DNA of 64,000 nt from an uncultured Acidobacteriota bacterium (GTDB lineage: Bacteria > Acidobacteriota > Thermoanaerobaculia > UBA5066): positions 384,001-448,000 of the forward strand of contig CAVZYA010000002.1 of assembly GCA_963779415.1 (NCBI GenBank), written 5' to 3'. The notes under the pieces are model-generated. The model saw nothing but the letters and a program-made list of their open reading frames with translations, was not told where the DNA came from and ran no database searches. Below, piece after piece: positions 26,623 to 39,596 of this stretch. Both the position numbers and the translations under genes were made by a program. Each line of letters starts with the position of its first letter. Within the stretch, counting starts at the first letter, position 1.

Positions 26623-29220
26623 CTACCCGTTTTCGCCCGCGCCGGCCGGCTCCGCGGCCGGTTCGGTGGTCGTGTCGTCGTCGCGCTCGACGAGCGTCGC
26701 GACGGCCACGACGCGATCCCCCTCGTCGAGGTCGATCAGCTTGACCCCCTGCGCGGCACGCCCCGTCTCGCGGACGTCGCTCGTCGCGATCCGGATCAGG
26801 ATCCCCTTCTCGGTGATCAGGAGGAGCTGGTCGGCGTCCGTCACCGATTTGATCCCGACGACGGCCCCGTTCTTCTCCGTCACCTTCACGTTGATGACGC
26901 CCGTACCGCCGCGCCCCTGCTGCCGGTACTCGGCCACGTCCGTCCGCTTCCCGTAACCCCGCTCCGTCACCGCGAGGAGCGTCGACGACTCCTCGACGAG
27001 GTCCATCTCGACGACGACGTCCCCCCCCCGGAGTTCGATCCCCTTGACTCCCGTCGTGTCGCGCCCCGTCGGCCGCACGTCCGTCTCGGAGAACTTGATT
27101 CCCATCCCGTCGCGGGTCCCGAGGAAGACGAGGCGGCTGCCGTCGGTGATCCCCGCCGAGAGGAGCTCGTCCCCCTCCTCGAGGTTGATCGCGATGATCC
27201 CGGACGCGCGCGGGTTCCCGTAGGCCGAAAGGAGCGTCTTCTTCACGAGCCCGTTCTTCGTCGCGAAGAGGATGAAGCGGTCCTCCGGGAAGGTCCGCGT
27301 CGTCGCGAGCGCCGCGACGCGCTCCCCCTCGCCGAGCTGGATCAGGTTCACGAGCGCCTTCCCCCGCGCCGCGGGGCCGAGGGAGGGGAGGTCGTACGAC
27401 TTCACCCAGTGGACGCGCCCCCGGTTCGTGAAGACGAGGAGGTAGTCGTGGGTCGAGGCGACGAAGAGCTGCTCGACGACGTCCTCTTCCTTCGTGGCCG
27501 CGCCCGTTCGCCCCTTCCCGCCCCGGCGCTGCGCCCGGTAGAGGGAGAGCGGCGAGCGTTTCGCGTAGCCGCCGCGGGTGACCGTGAGGACGACCTCTTC
27601 CTCGGCGATGAGGTCCTCCATCTCGAGAGAGCCCTCCGCCGCGGCGATCTCCGTCCTTCGCGGGTTTCCGAAGCGCTCCCGGAGGGAGGTCAGCTCGGCC
27701 TTCAGGATCGCGGTGACGCGCTCTGGCCGGCCGAGGATGTCGCGAAGGTCCGCGATCTGGGCGAGGACCTCCCGGTACTCCGCGACGATCTTGTCTCGCT
27801 CCAGCCCGGTCAGGCGCTGGAGGCGCATCTCGAGGATCGCCTGCGCCTGCACGGCGTCGAGCTTCAGGAAGCCCTCCTCGAGGCGCGCAGTGCCGGTCAG
27901 GTCGAGGGAGTCGACGCCGAGGAACCGCTCGAGCGCCCCCTTCTCGAAGGCGACCTCCGTCGTGAGCCGCTCCTTCGCCTCGCCCGGATCCTTCGAGGCG
28001 CGGATGATGGCGATGACCCGGTCGAGGTCCGCGAGGGCGAGGGCGAGGCCCAGGAGAAGATGCGCCCGCTCCTCGGCCTTTTTCAGGTCGAACTTCGTCC
28101 GCCGCACCACGACCTGCCGGCGGTGATCGAGGAAGTGCCGGAGCAGGTCCTTCAGCGGGAGGACCCGGGGCTGTCCGTCGACGATCGCGAGGAAGATAAC
28201 GCCGAAGGACGACTGGAGCGGTGTCAGGGCGAAGAGCTGGTTCAGGACGACCTGTGAGACGACGTCCCGCTTCAGGTCGACGACGATCCGCATCCCCTCC
28301 CGGTCCGATTCGTCCCGGATCGCGGAGATTCCCTCGATCCGCTTGTCGTTGACGAGCTCGGCGATCTGCTCGATGAGCCGCGCCTTGTTCACCTGGAACG
28401 GGATCTCGGAAACGACGATCGACTCCTTGTCCCCCTTCTTCGCCTTCTCGATCTCCGCGCGCCCCCGGACCTGGAGGATCCCGCGGCCGGTCCGGTAGGC
28501 GTCCGCGATTCCCTGCCGGCCGAGGATGACGCCCCCCGTCGGAAAGTCGGGACCGGGGAGGACGCGGAAGAGCTCGGCGAGCGGCGCCTGCGGGTCCTCG
28601 AGAAGGAGGATCGCCGCGTCGCACGCCTCCGCGAGGTTGTGCGGCGGGATCTTCGTCGCCATGCCGACCGCGATCCCCTCGGCCCCGTTCACGAGGAGGT
28701 TCGGGAAGGCCGCGGGAAGCACCGTCGGCTCCTCGAGGGAGACGTCGTAGTTGGGCGTCCAGTCGACGGTCTCCTTGTCGATGTCGTCGCCGAGCATCTC
28801 CTCGGCGAGGCGGGTCAGCCGGACCTCGGTGTAGCGCATCGCGGCCGCGGCGTCGCCGTCCACGGAGCCGAAGTTTCCCTGGCCGTCCACGAGGATCTCC
28901 CTCATGGAGAAGGCCTGCGCCATCCGGACCATCGTGTCGTAGATCGCGGCGTCGCCGTGGGGGTGGTACTTCCCCATGACGTCGCCGACGATGCGGGCCG
29001 ACTTCTTGTAGGGCCGCCCCGCCCGGTTCCCCTGCTCCCACATCCCGAAGAGGACGCGGCGGTGGACGGGCTTCAGGCCGTCGCGGACGTCGGGGAGCGC
29101 GCGCCCCACGATGACGGACATCGCGTAGTCGAGGTAGCTCCGCCGGATCTCCTCCTCGATGGAGACCGGGATCCGCTCGCCCGGCTCGACCGGCGGCGGC
29201 TTTTCGGGCTCGTCGCTCAC
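26623..29220 (-). CDS. gyrA: DNA gyrase subunit A
   Basis: [29 protein letters not shown], GyrA-box QRRGGKG. Confidence 0.98.
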   Translation of the reverse strand: MSDEPEKPPPVEPGERIPVSIEEEIRRSYLDYAMSVIVGRALPDVRDGLKPVHRRVLFGMWEQGNRAGRPYKKSARIVGDVMGKYHPHGDAAIYDTMVRMAQAFSMREILVDGQGNFGSVDGDAAAAMRYTEVRLTRLAEEMLGDDIDKETVDWTPNYDVSLEEPTVLPAAFPNLLVNGAEGIAVGMATKIPPHNLAEACDAAILLLEDPQAPLAELFRVLPGPDFPTGGVILGRQGIADAYRTGRGILQVRGRAEIEKAKKGDKESIVVSEIPFQVNKARLIEQIAELVNDKRIEGISAIRDESDREGMRIVVDLKRDVVSQVVLNQLFALTPLQSSFGVIFLAIVDGQPRVLPLKDLLRHFLDHRRQVVVRRTKFDLKKAEERAHLLLGLALALADLDRVIAIIRASKDPGEAKERLTTEVAFEKGALERFLGVDSLDLTGTARLEEGFLKLDAVQAQAILEMRLQRLTGLERDKIVAEYREVLAQIADLRDILGRPERVTAILKAELTSLRERFGNPRRTEIAAAEGSLEMEDLIAEEEVVLTVTRGGYAKRSPLSLYRAQRRGGKGRTGAATKEEDVVEQLFVASTHDYLLVFTNRGRVHWVKSYDLPSLGPAARGKALVNLIQLGEGERVAALATTRTFPEDRFILFATKNGLVKKTLLSAYGNPRASGIIAINLEEGDELLSAGITDGSRLVFLGTRDGMGIKFSETDVRPTGRDTTGVKGIELRGGDVVVEMDLVEESSTLLAVTERGYGKRTDVAEYRQQGRGGTGVINVKVTEKNGAVVGIKSVTDADQLLLITEKGILIRIATSDVRETGRAAQGVKLIDLDEGDRVVAVATLVERDDDTTTEPAAEPAGAGENG

Positions 29221-29221
29221 G

Positions 29222-32865
<3,644 letters not shown>

Positions 32866-32874
32866 GAACGACCG

Positions 32875-34002
32875 CTACATCCTCATCGGCATCACGACAT
32901 AAAGGTAGTTCCGGATGCCGGCGAGTGGCTCGCCGGGGCGGCCCTGACATTGCGCCTGTTCGTCTTTTACGTAGAGATGGACGTCCTTCGTCTCGGCCAC
33001 CTCCAGAAACTGCTCGAGGTAGCGTGCGTTCAGCCGGAGCGACAGCGGCTCGTGCTCGAACACGATCGGCAGCTCCTGGCTCCCGTCGCCGACGTCCTGG
33101 CTCTCCGACGAGATGACGAGCTGTCCCGATCCGAACGCGAGGCTCACGGCCTTCGTCCGCTCTCCGGAAAGGAGCGCGATCCGTCGGACGGCGCCGAGCA
33201 GCTCCTCGCGAGAGACGACGGCCTTCTTGTCGTTCTCCTTGCTGATCACCTTCTCGTAGTCGGGAAAGCGCCGCTCATCCAGCTTCGCGTAGAGGCGGCG
33301 CGGGCCGATCGAGAAGCCGAGGTGATTCGTCCCGCGGACGAGAGAGACCGGGGTGTCGTCCGCGGCGTCGAGCTTGCCGAGTTCGTCGAGGATCTTTTTC
33401 GAGACGAGGACCGGCTCGAAGCCGGCCTCCACCTTCACGCCATCGATCTCCACGAGCGCCAGACGATGGCCGTCCGTCGCCACCATCTCCGCCGTTCCGG
33501 CTGCCTTCGCCTTCAGCAGCGCCCCTTGCAGCTGCAGGCGCATTTCCTCGGTCGATACGGCAAACCGGATCTTCTCCACCATCCGTCGCAGCGCGCCGAA
33601 CGTCAGCGTCAGTGTCGGGCCGCCCCCCGCTTCCGGCCGGGTCGGATAGTCGGTCGCCGGCAGGCCGTTCAGCCGGATCCGGATCTTCGGCTCCTTGCAC
33701 GAGAGGACGACATGGTGGTTTTCCAGAACCTTGATTCCCAGCTCCGCAGAGGTCGGCAGGTCCCGGACCACGTCATAAAGGCGTCGTGCGGGGACCGTGA
33801 CCGCTCCGCCCGTTTTCACCGTGACCGGCTGGATCTCCGACACGAACGTCGTGTCGAGGTCCGTCGCGGTGAGCGTCAGCCTGGCGTCCCGCGCTTCCAG
33901 GAGGACGTTGCCGAGAATCTGATGGGTCGTTCGCCGCTCCACGACCCCTTGCAGGAGGCCGAGTTCACGCGAGAAATTGGCTGCCGAAACGTACAGCTCC
34001 AC
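32875..34002 (-). CDS. dnaN: DNA polymerase III beta clamp
   Basis: ATDLD, VATDGHRL, FPDYEKVI, VVMPMR; AAGGAG RBS before GTG 34002. Confidence 0.96.
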   Translation of the reverse strand: MELYVSAANFSRELGLLQGVVERRTTHQILGNVLLEARDARLTLTATDLDTTFVSEIQPVTVKTGGAVTVPARRLYDVVRDLPTSAELGIKVLENHHVVLSCKEPKIRIRLNGLPATDYPTRPEAGGGPTLTLTFGALRRMVEKIRFAVSTEEMRLQLQGALLKAKAAGTAEMVATDGHRLALVEIDGVKVEAGFEPVLVSKKILDELGKLDAADDTPVSLVRGTNHLGFSIGPRRLYAKLDERRFPDYEKVISKENDKKAVVSREELLGAVRRIALLSGERTKAVSLAFGSGQLVISSESQDVGDGSQELPIVFEHEPLSLRLNARYLEQFLEVAETKDVHLYVKDEQAQCQGRPGEPLAGIRNYLYVVMPMRM

Positions 34003-34237
34003 AACGGCTCCTTTACGATTCAAATATTAGCATTAGAAGAGCTTAGAACCGAAGAAGTAGTCGTAGGAGGGGGTAGAATGTGAACTTCAACGTAAATGAT
34101 TAACACAGAATTATTTAAACACACAGAATGGGTGTGTATGACGGGCATGTGTTCCTGTGAAGAAAGCAGAGAGTCTTCCGGCCGGAAGAGAGGATTCCAG
34201 AGACTGGTGAAAATCGGTGGAGAACGCCGTGAAAATC
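34003..34237. other. Replication origin oriC (dnaA-dnaN intergenic region)
   Basis: The only strongly AT-rich stretch in the window. DnaA-trio-like AAG AAG TAG TCG TAG GAG at 34052-34069; degenerate DnaA boxes at 34115-34123, 34133-34141, 34156-34164 and 34216-34224. Dominant gene orientation flips in this region. Confidence 0.8.
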
Positions 34238-35550
34238 TCAGTGAAGCTGCGCCAGGAAGCCGGACAGAAGACGATCCAGGTCTCGGTCCTCTTCGCGAAG
34301 AGCCGCGATCTTCCGGATGGAATGGAGCGCCGTCGTGTGGTGCTTGTCGCTGAAGAGACGGCCGATCTCCGGAAGCGAAAGGTCCGTCGCCTCCTTGAGA
34401 ACGTACATCGCGACCTGACGCGGAAAGACGATCTGACCTCGCTTCGACCTGGCCCGGAGATCGCCCGGCTTCAACCCGTAATGCGCCGCTACGGTCCGGA
34501 TGATCTCGGCCGGCGACGCGCTCTGCTCGTCGCCCCGGAAAACGTCCCGGAGCGCCTCGCGGGCCAGGTCGAGGGTCACCGCCTCCCCCTTGAGCGACGC
34601 GAAGGCGACGACGCGGTTGAAGTACCCCTCCAGCTCCCGGATGGAGGACTTGATCTTTCCGGCCAGGAAGAAGGCGACATCGTCGTTCAACGCCATCTGA
34701 AGGCCGTCCGCCTTTTGCCGGAGGATCGCGACCTTTGTTTCGAAGTCCGGCGACTGGATGTCGACGATGAGCCCCCCCTCGAACCGGCTCTTCAGCCGGT
34801 CCGTGAGACCGGGGATCTCGCGCGGCGGCACGTCGGACGAAAAGACGATCTGGGTTCCCTCGTCGTAGAGCGCGTTGAAGGTGTGGAAAAGCTCGTTCTC
34901 GGATGCTTCCTTCCCGACAACGAACTGCACGTCGTCGAGAAGGAGGATGTCGGCTGCCCGGAGCCGCTGACGGAGGCTCTCCATCCGGTTGAACCGAACC
35001 CCCTGCACCACCTCGTTCACGAAGCTCTCGGAGGTCAGGTAGATCACGCGCTCCCCCCTCTCCGCGAGAGGCGGCGATGCCCGATTGCCTGCATCAGGTG
35101 TGTCTTGCCGAGACCCGTCCCGCCGCAGATGAAGAGGGGGTTGTACTGCCGCGAGGTCTGATCGGCCACGCGAAGCGCGGCGGCGTGGGCGAGACGGTTT
35201 GATTCGCCCGTGACGAAGTTCTCGAAGGTGTAGGCCGGGTTGAGGCCGCCGGCGCGGCGGCGCGGTTCGGCCGGCACGCGGAGGGGCTCGGCGGCCGAGG
35301 CATAGTCGCCGTCGGCGACGAACCGGATCTCCCGGTTGCCGTACCCGGCCTTCTGGGCGGCCTCGGCGATCTGGGGGCCGAACGCCTCCGGAATGTAGTT
35401 GACGTAGAGCGGGGCCCGGACGTGGACGACGATCGCCTCGGCCGATTCGGCTCGCTGACGAGAATCTCGAAACCAGGTCTCGAAGTCGCGCTCGTCGACG
35501 CGGCTCCGGAGGTGCTCGAGGATCTTGGTCCAGGCGTTGGTCTTTTCCAC
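34238..35550 (-). CDS. dnaA: Replication initiator DnaA, split by an apparent 1-nt frameshift at a G6 run
   Basis: [11 protein letters not shown] and [10 protein letters not shown] in ORF 35044-35550; [19 protein letters not shown] and HTTALH in ORF 34238-35047. Adding one base at 35053-35058 fuses them. Confidence 0.95.
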
Positions 35551-35551
35551 A
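35543..35551 (+). promoter_or_regulatory. Consensus DnaA box overlapping the dnaA start codon
   Basis: TTTTCCACA matches TTWTNCACA. Confidence 0.55.
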
Positions 35552-35647
35552 GGATCTTCAGCGCTGTGTAAATCGTCCCCGGGAGGCGGGCGGGCGATGC
35601 TATCAGCGCTCCGGGTGGCCGCAAAGGGCCCGTCAATTCGCCCCCGG

Positions 35648-35676
35648 TTGACAGGGGACGGCGCCTCCCCGAGAAT
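35648..35676 (+). promoter_or_regulatory. sigma70 promoter of the rpmH operon
   Basis: TTGACA-N17-GAGAAT. Confidence 0.55.
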
Positions 35677-35704
35677 CGCCCGCTCCCTTCAGGGGGGTGA
35701 TGGT

Positions 35705-35839
35705 ATGAAAAAAACGTTCCAGCCCAACAATCGCCGCCGCAAGACGACGCACGGCTTCCTTGTCCGGATGAGGACGAAGAGCGGGCGCGCCGTCCTCGCG
35801 CGTCGTCGGGCCAAGGGCCGCAAGCGGCTCTCCGTCTGA
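35705..35839 (+). CDS. rpmH: 50S ribosomal protein L34
   Basis: [22 protein letters not shown]...[11 protein letters not shown]. Confidence 0.98.
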   Translation: MKKTFQPNNRRRKTTHGFLVRMRTKSGRAVLARRRAKGRKRLSV

Positions 35840-35880
35840 CCAGCGGACGGACCGCCGGCCGGCCTAAAGCCGCCCCGCCG

Positions 35881-36270
35881 ATGGCCGCCGAGACATTGCG
35901 CGAAACCTCACCTGCCCGGCCCGAGGGCCACCCTCGCGGGCGGCGGCTTCGAAAGCGCGCCGATTACCTCCGGATCTACGAAGAAGGCCGTCGTCTGCAC
36001 GGGCGCCTCCTCGTGATCTTCGTGTCGCCAGGCGTCGGGAGCAGCCCCAGGCTCGGGATCACGGTGACGCGGAAAGCGGGGGGCGCGGTCGTCCGGAACC
36101 GACTGCGCCGTCGTCTCCGGGAGGCGTTTCGCCGGGCGGGCGCGACCGGGGCGCCCGGAACCCTCGACGTCGTCGTGAACGTCTCTCCGCGCGCCGCCGA
36201 AGCGTCCTACGAGGAGCTGAAGAACGAGCTCGGTCGTCTTCTCGCCCGCGCGGCGGAAGCGGCGTCGTGA
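35881..36270 (+). CDS. rnpA: RNase P protein component
   Basis: [22 protein letters not shown]. Confidence 0.94.
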   Translation: MAAETLRETSPARPEGHPRGRRLRKRADYLRIYEEGRRLHGRLLVIFVSPGVGSSPRLGITVTRKAGGAVVRNRLRRRLREAFRRAGATGAPGTLDVVVNVSPRAAEASYEELKNELGRLLARAAEAAS

Positions 36271-36512
36271 GCGCACCCGTGCTCTCCGCCGTACCCGGCA
36301 GGGGGAGCCGTGCCGCCGCCGCGATCCTTCTCGCCTACAAGAAGATCGTTTCGCCTCTCCTGCCACCGGCCTGCCGGTTCCACCCGACCTGCTCCGAGTA
36401 CGCTCGAGAAGCCATCCTGCGCCACGGACTCCTCCGCGGGACGGGGCTCTCCCTTCGCCGGTTGGCGCGTTGTCACCCCTTCCATCCGGGGGGAATCGAC
36501 CCGGTGCCTTAA
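36267..36512 (+). CDS. yidD: Membrane protein insertion efficiency factor
   Basis: [24 protein letters not shown]. Confidence 0.95.
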   Translation: MSAPVLSAVPGRGSRAAAAILLAYKKIVSPLLPPACRFHPTCSEYAREAILRHGLLRGTGLSLRRLARCHPFHPGGIDPVP

Positions 36513-36537
36513 GCTCCCACCCTTTCGAGGAGATCCC

Positions 36538-38205
36538 TTGGACACGAAACGCCTCGTCATCGCCCTGACGCTATCGGCCGCCGTCCTGATTCTCTGGACG
36601 TTGGTCTTCCCCCCGCCTCCCCCTCCGAAACCGGCGGCCCGTCCCGCGCCGACGGCGGCGGCAGAGGGCGTCGCGACGGCGACGCCGGCGCCCGCCGCGG
36701 CGAGCGTCCCGGCCCCCGCAGCGCCGGTCGCGCGGAACATCCCCCCGATCGAAGCGGCATCCGAGTCGCTGATCACGGTGGAGTCCGGTCTCTACCGGGC
36801 CACCCTCACGAATCGGGGCGGGGCGGTCCGGGCGTTTACGCTCAAGGCCTACAAGGATTCCACGGAGCACCCGCTCGACCTCGTCCGGGAGAGTCCGGGC
36901 TTCCCGGGCGTCACGCTCACGCTCGATCCCGCCGATCCGTTCCTTTCCCGTGCGGCGCGGGCCCTCTTCACCGTCGAAAAGGAGGAGAAGGACGCGACGG
37001 TGACGCTCCGCTTCCGGTACCGCGAAGCCGACGGAGCCGGCCTCGTCCGGACATACGTCTTCCGGAGCGGCTACGTCGCCTCGATGCGGGTGGAGCGGGA
37101 GGGCCCCGGAAGCCTCCCCGTGGGAGTCGTGGCCGGGCCCGGAATCGGGAATCCATCCGCCGACGAGATGAAGAGCCGCTACACGCGGCCCGGCTCCGCG
37201 GTCGCCCTCTTCGGGACGGGCTCCGTCACGCGGAAGGCAAGCGGCAGCCTGAAGGAGCCGGAGAGCGTCGGACCCGGCCTGACCGCCGTCGGCCTCGAAG
37301 ACAACTATTTCCTCACGGCGTTTCTTCCCGATGCCCGGGCGACGGCCCTCCTCCGGCCGGAGGCCGTCGCGGCTCCACCGGGGCCAGACGGCAAGCCCGA
37401 GCCGCCGGAGATCGCCGTGGTTCTCGAGGGAGCGGGAGTCCTCGCGGCCGACCTCTATTTCGGTCCGAAGGAAATCTCCATCCTCGAGAAGGTCCGACCG
37501 GGGATGGAGAAGCTCATCGACTACGGCTGGTACGCGATCCTCGTGAAGCCTCTCCTCTGGACGCTGAAGGAGATCCAGAGCGTGGTGAAGAACTGGGGCG
37601 TCGCGATCCTCGTCATCACCTTCCTCATCAAGGTCCTCCTCTATCCGCTGACCCACAAGCAGCTCGTCTCGATGAAGAAGATGTCGGCGCTGCAGCCGAA
37701 GATGGAGGCGATCCGCGCGAAGTACGCGACGAAGGTCAAGAGTGACCCGACCGCGCGGATGAAGATGAACGAGGAGACGATGGCGCTCTACAAGCAGGAG
37801 GGGGTGAACCCCGCCGGCGGGTGCCTTCCGCTCCTTCTGCAGATGCCGATCCTGATCGCCTTCTACAACCTCCTCGCGCATTCGATCGAGCTGCGCCACG
37901 CTCCGTTCATGCTCTGGATCACCGACCTCTCGGCGAAGGATCCCTACTACGTCACGCCGATCCTGATGACGCTGACGATGTGGATCCAGCAGCAGATGAC
38001 CCCCGCCACGGGCGAGCCGGCCATGCGGCGGATGATGAACATCATGCCGTTCGCGATGGGGTTCTTCTTCAAGGACATGCCCTCCGGCCTCGTCCTCTAC
38101 TGGCTGATGCAGAACGTCCTGACGATCGTCCAGCAGCTTCTTCTCAACCGATACACGGATCTCGGCCCGACCTCGATGAAGAGGGCGTCGGCCCGGACGG
38201 GCTGA
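36538..38205 (+). CDS. yidC: Membrane protein insertase YidC (diderm type with periplasmic domain)
   Basis: TTG start with GAGGAG RBS; YFGPK, IDYGW, NWGVAI, GGCLPLLLQMP, GLVLYW. Confidence 0.96.
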   Translation: MDTKRLVIALTLSAAVLILWTLVFPPPPPPKPAARPAPTAAAEGVATATPAPAAASVPAPAAPVARNIPPIEAASESLITVESGLYRATLTNRGGAVRAFTLKAYKDSTEHPLDLVRESPGFPGVTLTLDPADPFLSRAARALFTVEKEEKDATVTLRFRYREADGAGLVRTYVFRSGYVASMRVEREGPGSLPVGVVAGPGIGNPSADEMKSRYTRPGSAVALFGTGSVTRKASGSLKEPESVGPGLTAVGLEDNYFLTAFLPDARATALLRPEAVAAPPGPDGKPEPPEIAVVLEGAGVLAADLYFGPKEISILEKVRPGMEKLIDYGWYAILVKPLLWTLKEIQSVVKNWGVAILVITFLIKVLLYPLTHKQLVSMKKMSALQPKMEAIRAKYATKVKSDPTARMKMNEETMALYKQEGVNPAGGCLPLLLQMPILIAFYNLLAHSIELRHAPFMLWITDLSAKDPYYVTPILMTLTMWIQQQMTPATGEPAMRRMMNIMPFAMGFFFKDMPSGLVLYWLMQNVLTIVQQLLLNRYTDLGPTSMKRASARTG

Positions 38206-38212
38206 CAAGGGC

Positions 38213-39565
38213 GTGGGCGCGCTCGTCGCCGATCCCGAAGGGACGGGCGACGTCATCGTCGCTCCCGCGACACCGCCGGGCGCGTCCGCCCTCGCGATCG
38301 TCCGGCTGAGCGGGCCGAAGGGCGCCGCGTTCGCCGTGGCCCGGCGGCTCGTTCCGTCGCTCCCGGAGCGCCCCGAGGAGCGCCGGGCGCTCGTTTCCCG
38401 GTTCGTCGACGGGGACGGGCGTCCCGTCGACGAGGGGGTCGTTCTGCCGTACGAGGCGCCCCGGTCAGCGACCGGCGACGAGGTCGTCGAGCTCTTCTGC
38501 CACGGATCGCCCGCGATCGTGGCGGCACTCCTTTCGGCGGCGTGCGTCGCCGGGGCCCGTCCCGCGCGGCCCGGCGAATTCACGCGACGCGCGCTCGCGA
38601 ACGGAAAGCTCGACCTCGCCGAGGCCGAGGGGATCGCACGCCTCGCGGCGGCCGAGAGCCGCGGGGCGGCGCGGCGGGCGCTCGGGCTCGTGGAGGGGGA
38701 GCTTTCGCGCCGCGTCCGCGCCGTCCGGGAGGAGCTGCTCGACCTTCTCGCGGAGATCGAGGCCGGGCTCGATTTTCCCGAAGACGTCGGGCCGCTCTCG
38801 GCGGACGCGCGCCAAGAGGCGCTGGGCCGGACCCTCGCGTCCCTGGCCGCGCTTCTTTCAGCCGCCGAGGGGAGCGCGGCGAGGGAACGGATCCCGACCG
38901 TGGCGATCGCGGGGCGGCCGAACGCGGGGAAGTCGACGCTCTTCAACGCCCTCCTCGGAGCGGACCGGGCCATCGTCACGCCCCACCCCGGCACGACGCG
39001 CGACGCCGTCTCGGAGGCTGCAGACCTTCTCGGCTTCCGGATCCGCCTCGTCGACACGGCGGGGCTCCGGGAGGCCGAGAGCGAGGTGGAGAAGATCGGC
39101 GTCGACGTCGCCCGTCGGACGGCCGGCCTCGCGGACCTCGTGCTTCTCCTCGTCGACGGCTCTTCTCCTCCCTCGGCGGAGGATGAAGCCGTGGCCCGGG
39201 TGCTCGGAGAGCGGGCGCTCGTCGTCCGGACGAAGGCCGACCTGCCGGGCGTCATGCCGTGGAACCTCCCGGTGGACGCCGCGGTCTCCGCGCGATCCGG
39301 GGAGGGACTCGACGCGCTCCGGGCGCTCGTTCGTCACCGGCTCGGCGGCGCGGAGAGCGAGGGGGAAATCCTGGTCCTCGACCGCCACCGCGACGCCCTC
39401 CGCCGCGCCGCGGCCGCGACCGCCGCGGCCACGGAGGTGTCCGGGGACGAGATCGCCGCCTCGTCGCTCCGGGAAGCTCTCCACGCGCTGGGGGAGATCA
39501 CGGGCGAGACGGCGAGCGAGGAGCTCCTCGACAGGATCTTCTCGACGTTCTGTATCGGAAAATGA
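38213..39565 (+). CDS. mnmE: tRNA modification GTPase MnmE
   Basis: CHGS, PGEFTRRA, GRPNAGKS, GTTRD, DTAG, FCIGK. Confidence 0.96.
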   Translation: MGALVADPEGTGDVIVAPATPPGASALAIVRLSGPKGAAFAVARRLVPSLPERPEERRALVSRFVDGDGRPVDEGVVLPYEAPRSATGDEVVELFCHGSPAIVAALLSAACVAGARPARPGEFTRRALANGKLDLAEAEGIARLAAAESRGAARRALGLVEGELSRRVRAVREELLDLLAEIEAGLDFPEDVGPLSADARQEALGRTLASLAALLSAAEGSAARERIPTVAIAGRPNAGKSTLFNALLGADRAIVTPHPGTTRDAVSEAADLLGFRIRLVDTAGLREAESEVEKIGVDVARRTAGLADLVLLLVDGSSPPSAEDEAVARVLGERALVVRTKADLPGVMPWNLPVDAAVSARSGEGLDALRALVRHRLGGAESEGEILVLDRHRDALRRAAAATAAATEVSGDEIAASSLREALHALGEITGETASEELLDRIFSTFCIGK

Positions 39566-39596
39566 GGAGCCGGCCCGCGAGGCCGGGAGGAGAGGG

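Noticed and set aside
34096-34353. 85-aa ORF in the AT-rich region
   Set aside because: It overlaps the oriC elements and the dnaA 3' end in antisense and has atypical codon usage.
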